Source: Mobula hypostoma (taxonomy: Eukaryota). Taken from it: a DNA stretch of 64,000 nt. Under the pieces are notes generated by a model. The model saw only the letters and a program-made list of their open reading frames with translations. It was not told where the DNA came from and ran no database searches. The stretch lies in assembly GCF_963921235.1 (NCBI RefSeq), contig NC_086097.1, positions 183,088,001 to 183,152,000 on the forward strand. Direction: 5' to 3'. The position numbers were made by a program, and so were the translations under genes. Of this stretch, positions 41,049-53,004 are shown one piece after another. How positions within the stretch are numbered: position 1 is the stretch's first letter; every line of letters begins with the position of its first letter.

Positions 41049-42589
41049 TTCTTTCCTCCCACAGCAGCCTGCGGTGCATTGCAACCGGTCTTGAGATTTA
41101 GCCGCCTGTAAGCCTGTTAAGACATCTTCATTTATATGCTAGCTTTTTCTAAGCTTTCCCTCCCTGAATTGTAAAGCTGCAATGGTCTTCTGCTTTATGA
41201 ATACTGATAAGTATTCATTTAAAACCTCGCCTATGTTCTCGGGTTCTAGAAGAGCCAAGATGGCCTGTTTCCGTGCTGTAATTGTTTGTTAATTGATGAC
41301 CACTTTTGGTCATTGCTATTTCCCTGGTCACCCTCATGCTTTAATATACTTAAAAAATGCATTGGTATTTTCCAAGCAATCCCTTCAGGATCAAGGGTGA
41401 TTTGTTTCCACTATGTTTATGTGGTTACAGAGTAACTAATAGGCCTATTAGTCTGTGAAATGGTATGTACCATGCACTGTCTACAATGAGCTAACCACAA
41501 GTTTGAGCTTCTCAATACCATCCCAATGCTCATTCTCCACTTGAGGTGTCATGGCCAAAGGTTCAAAGAAGTTGATAGCAATGTTGCATTTTTCAAGGAA
41601 AGCTTTCGCTTTTTTTCCTCTGTTCACTTTCTAATGTCTTCTCATGACACAGCTTGGAATAGAAAGTTGGCTTTGAGAGTCTAATTCATGCCATTCAAAT
41701 GATGTAATCTGGCCTATATAGGCAACTGAGTCTTAATCTGCAAAACGGCTAATAATGGAGCAATGAGAACTGCACAGTACTCCAAATGCAGCAGCAACAT
41801 GGCTTCCAACTCACACACCGAGCTCTGACCAATAAACATAAACATGAGGTATTGCCTTCTCCACCAGCCGACCTATGGTTTAAAGCAGAATGCTGGCTGG
41901 TTCAGAGGGCATGTATTATAAGGAGAGCTTAGACAAATTTGGGTCATTTTCTCTGAGTGCAGACACCAAGAGGGTCACCTGATAGAGGTGTATTAGGTTA
42001 AAAGAGGCATAGATAGAGCAGACAGATGGGATCATTTTCTAATATCTAGAACCTCAGCTCCAACTACATCTATAAACTTGCCGATGACCCAACTATTCAT
42101 TGGCAGAACTTCAGATGGTAATGAGGACGTGTACGGAAGCAAGCTAGAATATATTCTTGGACATTCCCTCAAATTGGTTGGCAAATATTTTCAGTGCCCT
42201 GCCAGGTACACCATCAGGGCCTTTACACCTTGCAAGGGTTTACCCTCTTGGAAGATTTTCTGACATAGACCTTCGAGAGACAAATAACTGGGTCATCAGA
42301 CAGGGCAGGGATTCACTCTGGTGTAGTTTTATTATCCCTTTCAAAGCGTGCATTTGGGAGAGAGGCATCACAGCCATTCGTGGTGTTAGGTTTTACCTTG
42401 TAGGAAATAATACCTTACCAGAGCTGATGTACATCTGATTCCATCTCTAACTTCAATCAGTTATTTTTTGGCTCTCAAAATAGACTTCCTTGAGTTGTTA
42501 ATAGACAATAGGTGCAGGAGTAGGCCATTCAGCCCTTTGAGTTGTTGCTGAACTTCTTGTATAATTCTGGATCACCTGTCCTGAATGCC

Positions 42590-44360
42590 ACAGATAGAGT
42601 CATAGAAAAGTACAGCAAAGAAAGGTCCTTCAGCCCATCTAGTCTGTGGTGAATCATTTAAACTGCCTCGTCCCATCGACCTGCACCTGGACCATAGCCC
42701 TCAATACCCCTCTTATCCAATGTTAAAATCGAGCTTGCAAATACCACTTGTGCTGGTAGCTCGTTCCACGCAGTCTCTACCCTCTGAAGAAGTTTCCCCT
42801 TAAAGATGCAACCTTTCACCCTTAACCCATGACCTCTGGTTGCAGTCCCACCCAACTTCAGTGGCAAAAGCCTGCTCGCACTTACCCTATTTATACCCCA
42901 CAATTTTGTACACCTCCATTAAATCTCCCCTCAAGCTCTACTTTCCAAAGAATAGTCCTGACCTATTCAATCTTCCCTGGAACTCGGGTCCTCCAGTCTT
43001 GGCAATATCCTTGTAAATTTTCTCTGTACTCTTTTAACCTTGTTTATATCTTTCCTGTCGGTAGGTGACCAAAACTGCACAAAATACTCCAAATGTCTTA
43101 CACAACTTCAATATGCGATCTCATCTCCTGTACGCTGGCCTTCATAAATTAAAGTATAATGTGCCAAAAGCTTTCTTTACAACCCTATCTACCTGTGCTA
43201 CTACTATCAATCAATTCTGGACTTGTATTCCCAGATTCCTTTGTTCTACCATGGTCCTCAGTGCCAACTGTTCACCGTGCAAGGCCTATCCTGGTTGGTC
43301 CTACCGAAGTGTAACACTTTGCACTTGTCTGCATTAAATTTCATCTGCCATTTTTTAGCCCATTTTTCCAGCTGATGCAGATCACACTGCAAGCTTTGAT
43401 CATCTTCCTCACTATCGACTACACCCCCCATCCTGGTGTAATCCACTAATTTGCTGATCCAGTTAGCTATATTACCATCCAGGTCATTGCTATATATGAC
43501 AAACAACAATGGACCCAGCACCAATCCCTGCGGCACTCTACTAATCACAGGCCTCCAGCTGGAGAGGCAACCATCTACCACTACTCTCTGGCTTCTCCAG
43601 AAAAGCCAATTTCTAATCCAAATTACTACCTCATCTTCGATTGCGAATGACTGAACCTTCTTGACCAACCTCTCATGTGGGACCTTGTCAAATGCGTTGT
43701 TAAAGTCGGCATAGACAATATCTACTGCCTTGCCTTCATGAAATTTGCTGGTAACTTCCTCGAAAAACTCTGGATAGACACAAACAACCGTGCACAAAGC
43801 CATGCTGACCATCCTTAATCAGTCTTTGTCTATCACAGGTATATGGAGGAATGTAAGGTGGGGGGTTATATGGGAGGCAGGGTTTGAGGGTCGGCACAAC
43901 ATTGTGGGCCAAAGGGCCTGTACTGTGCTGTACTATTCTATGTTCTATATTCAGTTCCTATAACACCTTTCAATACATTTCCCAGTACTGGTGTCAGGCT
44001 AACAAGTCCATAATTCCCTGGTTTATTTTTAGAGCCTTTCTTAAACAAAGGAACAATATTATCTGTCCTCCAATCCTCCAGTACCTTACCTGTCACTAAG
44101 GATGATTTAACTATCTCTTCTGTGGCCCCTGCAATTTCTGCACTTGCCTCCCACAGGCTCCAAGGGAACACCCTGTCAGGCCTTGGGGATTTATTCACCT
44201 TAATTTGCCTCAAGGCAGCAAACACCTCCTCCTCTCATACTTATGCTCCATAAGTACAGTACCTCTTTTTCCTACCCGTCTAAACCTGCTATGCACCTCC
44301 TTTTTTCTTAACCAGGGCCTCATTAGCACTTGAAAACCAAGGTTCCCTAAACCTGTTAGA
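42590..44360 (-). mobile_element. Decayed CR1 RT fragment with a nested + strand CR1-type tail (about 43835-43950)
   Basis: ORFs 43258-43812 and 43938-44225 translate to CR1 RT. Confidence 0.8.
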
Positions 44361-45354
44361 TTTAACTCTCAGTAGACTATGGATCCCCTGGTTCATCCGT
44401 GACTTTTGGTTTGGGTTATGTCTGGCATGTTCTCGGAAGCATGCACTCATCCATACAGATCTTGATGAAGTCAGTAACAACTGTGGTGTATGCATTCAGA
44501 TTCTAATGTGAGTCCTTAGATATTGTCCAGTCAATTGATTCAAAGCAGGCCATCTCATTGTATGAGAGGTCTATTCGATAGTCTTACAAACGTTTGTATA
44601 TCAGTGAGATAGAAGTTGTCCTTGAACCTAGTGATACATGCTTTCGGCTTTTGTATTTTCTGAAGAGAGAGGTAGTAGATAATGAAGCATTTTTGAATCC
44701 AGTACAGTAAAGGTCTCAAACTACTGCGGTACCTGGATGTCCACTGTAGAACCATGACCTATCAGAGTGCACAGAAAGTAAGAGGAGATGGGATTAGGCC
44801 GGGTAATTTTTTTTTGATGTTGGTTGAACATTCTCTTTACCTGTATAATACAGGGGATGCATCTAAACAATTGCTAAGTCCATGCCCAAGGATGGGTAAA
44901 TGGGATTAATGTGGTCAGCATTGATGTGATGGGCCAAATGGCTTATATCTGCACTCTGCGACTGTGTTCCAGGATTCTGCTGAGATAGCTCTGTTGTTAA
45001 AGTTAATGGCCCAGATTCTTCAGTAGAAGGGACTGTAAACAATTGCCAACATTACACTTTAAACTGACCAGAGTTACAAGAATATGCTTCTATGCAGTTA
45101 CTGAGAGATTTGTAATTTAACCGTTGCATTGTTGTTTCTCCATTCTGGATGAAAGATTAATTTCAGTCCATTCTATCATGTAATTTAAACAAGTAAGCCA
45201 AACCCTCCTACCATGATCATTTCCCTTATCCCACTTCTATCACCCAGCCTTCTTGCCTCTCCACCAAGCAGTCTGTGCTCCACCAGTTTTGTCTCCAAAT
45301 AAAAACTATGTTTGAGTTGTGACAGGGAGCAACAGAAGTTTGATTCTCTTGCAG

Positions 45355-45450
45355 CCCGGGTACGAATGGGTAGATGGCTGTGAGCAGTGTCGATGCATCA
45401 ATGGAAGAAAAGTTTGTTCTACTGGATGTCCAACACTTAACTGCCTGGAG
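45355..45450 (+). CDS. SSPO: SCO-spondin exon, vWC domain N-half: PGYEWVDGCEQCRCINGRKVCSTGCPTLNCLE
   Basis: Acceptor TTCTCTTGCAG|, donor GAG|GTAAGA; phase 0-0; vWC W..C..C.C..G...C pattern. Confidence 0.94.
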
Positions 45451-46723
45451 GTAAGAAATGGTCCTATTCACATTCTATTCATTCCAAGATTCAAAGCACC
45501 CACTTTCAATTCAGCTCCTAATCCTATGACTGAATTTAGTCAAAACTCAGCATTAAACAGGGAGTGCAGTTACAAGTTCCTGGATATCAACATCATCATC
45601 TATGAAGGTGTGTTAGCAGCTACATTTGAGTTTCAGGAGATTTGGTATGTTACCAAAGACTAGGAAATTTCTACAGGTGTACTGTGGAGAGCATTCTGAC
45701 TGGCTGCATCGCCGTCTGGGATGAAGCACCAATACCCAGCATTGGAAAAAGCTGCAGAGGGTTGTAAATTCCATCATGGGCACCAGCTTCCCTGCCACTG
45801 AGGACATCTGCAAAGGGCGACGACTCTAGAAGGTGGCATCCATCAATAAGGACCCTCACCATCCAGGACATGCCCTCTTCCCATTGGCACCATCAGGGAG
45901 GAAGTGAAGGAGCCTGAGGTGCACCCTCAATGTTTTAGGAACAGCTTCTTCCCCTCCACCATCAGATTTCTGATTGGTCCATGAAGACTATCTCATTATT
46001 TTGCTCTTTTTGCAGTACTTCTTTACTGTTTTCATATTATTTGTAACTTTAGTAATATTTATGTATTGTACTGAACTGCTGCAGCAAAACAACAAACCTG
46101 ATTTGATTCTATTGGGCATCTCCATGCTAGTGCCACACCATCTCCAACAATAATACCCCATTCGCTCACTCTGCCTCCCTCATTGTCCTTCTTACCATCA
46201 TGATCACAGGCAATCACCAAACACTCTTCCCTCTCAACATTCCCCGATGCCTGTCCCCATCCCCATGCAGCATGTTCTCAAGTCACCGGCCCTCGCCATC
46301 CCCACAGCATTTTTTGATGGCAGCAATACCTATTCCCACTGAAACTCCTCCTCCATCCCTGGTTCCAGCATTGTCTTTATGTAATTTCAAAGGATATGGG
46401 ACTATTTTTTGAAGATGGAGCTGAGGTGGAAGATTAGATAAGATGACTATCACAGCAGCTGCACAGGGTCAGATGACTTACTTCTGTACCTAATTCTTCT
46501 GGTCTTATGAATAGCCTGGAGAGAAGTGGCCAAAGAGCTTACAATGTCCTGCCAGAAGCAACAGTAGAGCATTCAGGCACTGTACCTGCTCCCATCAGTG
46601 TAGCCTAACCATAGAAATAATTGGCAGCCAAATAATCTACCATGTAAAGCTATGGTTTTGCTCACTACTATATTGAACATTATTATGAATATTTTGTGAA
46701 ATACGTTCTTTTCATTACTTCAG

Positions 46724-46784
46724 GGATATGTAAAAGTAGAGGATCCTGTGCAATGCTGTCCTGTCTGCAGAAAAGAAATTCTTG
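46724..46784 (+). CDS. SSPO: SCO-spondin exon, vWC domain C-half: GYVKVEDPVQCCPVCRKEIL(D)
   Basis: Acceptor TTACTTCAG|, donor TTG|GTAAGT; phase 0-1; CCPxC vWC signature. Confidence 0.94.
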
Positions 46785-47717
46785 GTAAGTTAAAGCAGCA
46801 GATATCATCGGATGAGTGTGTATCACAGTGAGGCAGTGCAGAAACAGACCTTCAATCTGCTGTGCAAGTCAATCATCAAGCACCCATTTACTCTCATTGT
46901 ATTTTATTATGTTCAGGCTCTATCAACTCCCACATTGCTACCACTCTCCTGCAAATTTGCAGCAATCTGCAGTGATTAGTTATAGGCAACTGCACACATT
47001 TAGGATATGGCAGTAAATCGGAGTGCTAAGGAAACACCAATGTAGTCACAGGGACAACATGCAACTCCCCACAGCGATCAGTATTAAACCTGTGTCATTG
47101 GGACAGCAGTAATACTGATTGTGACACTGTGCGTATGCGTTGCTGATAACCTTTCTCTTGTCCTCATCTCCCACTGTGTTTCTCGCTCCCTCCTGGTTTT
47201 GTTGTACTGCTCTTCCTTCCTCCCTCCCTCCCTCTATCATTTTGTTTCCACGTGTGGCTCTCCCTCCATAATCCTGTTTCTCTCTGTGCCTGTCTTTCTG
47301 TTTCTGTCACTCGCTTCCCCCCCCCACTCTCATTATTTTTCTGTCACTCTCGCACTTATTCTTAATTCTTCTCTCTCTATCTTTTGTTTTCATTAGTGTT
47401 TATAATTCCTTTCAATACCATAACTCCAAACTCCAAGACCACAGTCCCCACCCCTAGCTCAGCTTTGCAACTGGATTCTTGACTCGCTGACCAACAGAGT
47501 ACTGGCAGTAAATACAGGCAGCAACACCTCCACGATTATCTTCAAACACTGGTGCCCCGTAAGACTGCAACCACCATCCTTTACTTTGCACCCTATTTAA
47601 GCTTCAACAGACACACCAGGCAACATATCCTTAGAAGGCAACTGCTCTGTACAAGACTGCAAGAAATTACAGAGTTGTGACCATAGCCCAGTCTATCATG
47701 AAAACCAGCCTCTGTTC

Positions 47718-47810
47718 CAGTGCTTGTCTATACTCTTCTCACTGTCTCAGTGCTTGTCTATACTCTTCTCACTGTCTCAGTGCTTGTCTATACTCTTCTC
47801 ACTGTCTCAG
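47718..47810 (+). repeat. Perfect tandem triplication of a 30-bp unit (TGCTTGTCTATACTCTTCTCACTGTCTCAG)
   Basis: Three identical copies at 47721, 47751, 47781. Confidence 0.95.
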
Positions 47811-48660
47811 GAGCACAATCAAGATCATAGTCAGCCGGTGCAGAGTACCCCTGTATAGATGTTCCCTCGGTAATAAGTATATCACTTTGGATACTGGGGG
47901 TGGGGGGGGAGGTGGAGAGAGGAAATGGGCGAGAAGCTGCCTCTGTGGCTCGGAAGGGAAGGGGGTAGAAGAGTGCAGTAGGAATAGGGGATTACATAAT
48001 TAGAGGAGCAGAAAACAGATTATTGGGCTGAGAAAGAGACACCCAGCTGGTATACTGCCACAGTCAGGGAGTCTCGGATTGGGTCCACAGCATTCTGAAG
48101 GGGAAGGCTGAACAGCCAGAAGTCATGGTACAATGGTACCAAGGAAATGGGTAGCAAAAGGAAGGAGGTCCTGAAGAGAGAATATAGGGAGTTAGGCAGA
48201 AAGCTGAAAAAGAGGCCCTCCAGGTTAGTAATCTCTGGATTGTTGCCTGTGCCATGTGCCAGTGAGGGCAAGAATAGGATGATTTGGTAGATGAATGTGT
48301 GGCTGAACAATTAGTGCAAGGGACAGGGTTTCAGATTTCTGGACGATTGGGATCTCTTCTGGGGAAAGTATGACTGGAACAAAAAGGATAGGTTGTATCT
48401 GAAGTTGAGGGGGAACAATATCCTTGTAGGCAGGTTTGCTGGAGCTGTTGGGGAGGGTTTAAAATAATCTGGCAGAGGGATGGGAAACTGAGGCTGGGGC
48501 AGTTGGTGTAAAGTGTAATGTAGTGTGTAATGAGACTGAGGAAGGACAGGCAGATGATAGGACAAAATTATAATCGGTGGGATGAGTTAAAGTGGAACAG
48601 GGAGACAAAAATCAAAAAGGGTATTAAATACAGGATTGAATGTGTTATATTTGAATGTAC

Positions 48661-49527
48661 TGTTACGTACCCCGTAACTGGGTTGCCAAACCAGCAGAAA
48701 TGGATCACTCAGTTGGAGTCTGGATTACTAGAACTAAGAAAGTTTTATTAACGAAACAAGTAACGCAGTAATCGAAAGGATAATAAATGCAACAGTTCAG
48801 CAATGATAAACACACATGTGCACAGAATTAAGATAACAGGATCAATCAAGCTCTATCGTTGTCTAGGGGTGAATGACCAATTTCAAAGTGACACAAAGTC
48901 CAGTTCAATTTAGTTCAGTTCGCAGTAATCGTTGCCATGGCGATGGACAACGTGGGGGGAGGGAGAGAGAGAGAGAACGAGAACGAATGATCATTTCAAA
49001 ACGGCTTCCACTCACAGACCTGCGATATTGCTCACAAGCAGCTTTCGGGCGAGTCCTTTGTGATGTCACCTGAGGTCACCGACTGTGACCCCTCCTCCAG
49101 ATGCGGTCGATCCTCTGCAGTGAACCCGGCACCCAAGCAAGGGCGGACACACACTGGGTTCCCGCTGATCGTACCTTTCCACCCTGTGCGTTTATGGCCC
49201 GATACTTCCCACCGACTTGTGAGAGGCGCACCGCTTCCAGGGTCTCGTTACCTCGGGTGTCGTGTGTGTCCTGCCTTAGCGAACCTGTCCCTTTTTATCC
49301 CCCTGCTGGGGTAATCGCCTGTCCATCACTTCAAACAGTTCAGGGTTCAAAGGGGGAGCCGATCTTGCCAATACCCAGACTGATGGCTCCTTCATTAACA
49401 CCTGCAAATGCTGCTTCATTGTTCCTTATCTCTCCCTCCCCTGAGGACAGGTGGCAGACCAACTGCTGATGCCACTGGTGCTATCCCAGGCCAGCAAACA
49501 TCTTAATTTATGTGTATTCTCGTCACA
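48661..49527 (-). mobile_element. Solo LTR (867 bp), probably Gypsy-type
   Basis: Termini TGTTACG...CGTCACA; 4-bp TSD GTAC (48657-48660 / 49528-49531); minus-strand GATAAAAAG near 49291-49299 and AATAAA at 48744-48749. Confidence 0.88.
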
Positions 49528-50041
49528 GTACACAGTATACTGAATAAGGTAGATGATCTTATAGTGCAGTTAGAGATTGGCAAGTATGACATGGTGGGCA
49601 TCTCCGAGTCATGGCTGAAAGATGATCAACATCCAAGGATACACATTGTGATGGACAGGTAGACAGAGGAGGTGGGGTAGACCTGTTGGTAAAAATTTAA
49701 ATCAAATCCTTCGAAAGCGGTGACATTGGATTGGAAGATGTAGAGTCATTGTGGGTAGAGTTAAGAAACTTCAAGGGTAAAAAGACTGATGTGAGTTCTA
49801 TACTGCCCTCCAAATTGGAGCCAGGATATGGGCTGCAGATTACACTGGGAGATGGAAAAGACATATAAAAAGGGTAATGTTGTGATAATCATGGGGGATT
49901 TCAATATGCAAGTAGATTTGAAAAATATGTTTGGAGCTTGATCCCGAGAGAGGAAATTTGTAGAATGTTTATGAGATGGCCTTTTAGAACAGCCTGTGGT
50001 TGAGCCACTTGGAGAAAGGCAATTCTGGATTGGGTGTTATG

Positions 50042-50889
50042 TTTGTTTATTCATTTACAGGATATGGGCACCACCAGCTAAGCCAGATGTATTGTCCATC
50101 CCTAGTTGCCTTTGAGATGGTGGTGATGAGCTGCCTTCTTAAACTGCTGCAGTCTCTGAGGTGTAGGTTAGGGAGAAAATTCCATGATTTTGATCCAGTG
50201 ATAATGAAGGAATGGCAATATGTTTCCAAGTCAGGATGGTGAGTGACTTGGAGGGGGATTTCCAAGTGGTGTGTTGCCAGGTATCTGCTGTTCTCGTCCT
50301 TCTAGATGGTAGTGGTCATGGGACTGGAAGATGCTGCCTTAGGAACCTTGTGTTGTTGCAGTCCATCTTGTAGATAGTACTGTTCGTTGATGGTGGAGGG
50401 ACTGGATGCTTGTGGAAGGGGTACCAATAAAGTGGCTGCCTTGTACTGGATGGTGTCAAGCTTCTTGAGTGTTGCTGGAGCTGCCCTCATCCAGGCAAGT
50501 ATTCCATTACTCCTGACCGGAGCCTTGCAAATGGTAGATAGGCCTTGGGGAGTCAGGAGGGGAGTTACACACCGCAGGATTCCTAGCCTTTGCCCTGCTC
50601 TGGTAGCCACGGTATTTATATGGCTAGACCAATTCAGTTTCTCGTCAATGGTAACCCCCAGGATATTGATAGTAGGGGATTCAGTGATGGTGACGCCACT
50701 GAATGTCAAGGGACCATGGTTAGAGCCTCTCTTGTTGGATATGGTAATTACCTGGCACTTGCATGGCTTGAATGTTACTTGCCACTTGTCAGCCCAAGCC
50801 TGGATATTGTCCAGGTCCTGCTGCACTTGGGGACAAACTGCTTCATTGTCTGAGGGGTCACAAATGGTGCAGAACGTTGTGCAGTCGTC
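50042..50889 (-). mobile_element. 5'-truncated LINE of a distinct CR1/L2-group family
   Basis: ORF 50302-50907 (QQDLDNIQAWADKWQVTF..ILGVTIDEKLNW); 7-bp TSD TGTTATG (50035-50041 / 50890-50896). Confidence 0.82.
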
Positions 50890-51833
50890 TGTTATGCAAT
50901 GACCCATATTTGATTAAGAAGCTTAAGGTAAAGTAACTTTTAGGAGGCAGTGATCATAATATGATAGAATTTACCTCATAGTTTGAGAAAGAGAAGCTAA
51001 AAATGGAATCATTTAGTACTACAGTGGACTGGAGGGTATTGCAGAGGCATGAGAGGGGAGCTGGCTAAAATTGATTGGAAGGAGATTGGAAGCTGTTGTT
51101 TCTGGAGGAAATTCAGAAGGTGCTAGAAGGACGCATTGCAAAGATGAAGTATTCTACAGGGAGGATGCTGCAGCTGTGGCCGAGAAGGGAAGTGAAAGAC
51201 AGCACAAAAGCAAGAGAAGTAAAAATTAGTGGGAAGGTAGAGGATTGGATGGTTTTTAAAAACTAACAGAGGACAATTTAAAAAAAGGAAAAGATGAAAC
51301 ATGAAGGTAATAATACAAAAGAGGATACAAAATGATTTCAGATATACAAGGAATAAATGGGCAATGTTGTGATAATCAGGGGTATTTCAATATGTAGGTA
51401 GATTGGGAAAATTCAGTTGGAGCTGATCCCAAGAGAGGGAATATCAAACTGCTGGAGAAGAAATGGTGGAGGAACTTAAGTATTTTGTGTGAATCTTCAC
51501 TGTGGAAGACAACAGCACTATGCCAGAAATTCAAGTGTCGGGGGGCAGAAGTGAGTGTAAATGCTATTACTAAGGAGATGCTTAGGAAGCTGAAAGATCT
51601 GAAGGTGCTGCAGATAAGTCACCCGTACCAGATGCACTACACCCCAGGGTTCTGAAAGAGGTAGATGAAGAGATTAGGGAAGCATTAATAATGATCTTTG
51701 ACAAATCACTAGATTCTTAAGTGGTTCTGAAGGACTGGAATATTGCAAATGTCACTGCACTCTTCAAAAAGGGAGGCAGAAGAAAGAAATGATAGGCCAG
51801 TTAGCCTGACTTCAGTGGTTGGTAAGCTGTTGG

Positions 51834-53004
51834 TAAGACATTTGACAAGATGCCACACATGAGGCTACTTACCAAAATTAAGAGCTCATAGTATTGCAGG
51901 AAAGTTACTGACATGGTTAGAGCATTGGCTGATTGGCAGGAGGCAGCAAGTGGCAATAAAAGGATCCTTGTCTGGTTGGCTGCCAGTGACTAGTGTTGTT
52001 CCGCAGGGGCCAGTGTTGGAACCGCTTCTTTTTATGCTGTATACCAATGATTTAGATGATGGAATAGATGGTTTTGTTGCCAAGTTTGCAGATGATACGA
52101 AGATTGGTGGAGGGGCAGGTAGTGTTGAGGAAACAGGTAGGATGCAGAAGGACTTAGACAGATTAGGAGAATGGGCAAGAAAGTGGCAAATGAAATACAA
52201 TGTTGGAAAATGTACGGTCATGCACTTTGAAGTAGAAATAAATGTGTAGACTATTTTCCTAACAGAGAAAATCCAAAAATCTGAGATGCAAAGGGACTTG
52301 AGAATCCTTGTGCAGAACACCCTAAAGGTTAAATTACGGGTTGAGTCAGTGGTGAGGAAGGCAAATGCCATATTAGCATTCAAGAGGTCTAGAATATAAG
52401 AGCAAGGATGTGATGCTGAGGATTTACAAGGCACTGGTGAGGCCTCACCTTGAGTATTGTTTACAGTTTTGGGACCCTCATCTTAGAAAAGATGTGCTGG
52501 CATTGGAGAGGGTCCAGAGGAGGTTCACAAGGATGATTCCAGGAATGAAAGGGTTATCATATGAGGAACATTTGATGGACTTGCTGGAAATCAGATGGGG
52601 GGGGGGGGGGCGGAAATCTCATTGAAACCTTTTGAATGTTGAAAGGCCTGGACAGTAGATGTGGAAAGGATGTTACCCATGGTGGGAGAGTCTAGGACAA
52701 GAGGGCACAGCCTCAGGATGGAGGGACACCCATTCAAATCAGAAATGCAGAGGAATTTCTTTAGTCAGAGTGTGGTGAATCTGTGGAATTTGTTGCCACA
52801 TGCAGCTGTGGAGGCCAGGTCATTGGGTGTATTTAAGGCAGAGATTGATAGGTTGTTGATTGGACATGGCATCAAAGGTTACAAGGAGAAGGCCAAGAAC
52901 TGGGGTTGAGGAGGAGGGAAAAAAAAGGATCAGCCATGATTGAATGGTGGAGCAGACTCGATGGGCCAGATGGCCTAATTCTGCTTCTATGTCTTACGGT
53001 CTTA
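51834..53004 (+). mobile_element. CR1 3' fragment nested in the same orientation inside the older CR1
   Basis: 6-bp TSD TGTTGG (51828-51833 / 53005-53010); RT motifs VPQGPVL..FADDTKIGG; own 3' tail. Confidence 0.78.

Noticed and set aside
47120..47400. Pyrimidine-rich tract with a hydrophobic ORF
   Set aside because: Low-complexity CT-rich sequence; hydrophobicity is a compositional artefact
47718..47810. 30-bp repeats as a CRISPR array
   Set aside because: Units are contiguous with no spacers; eukaryotic intron; no cas genes
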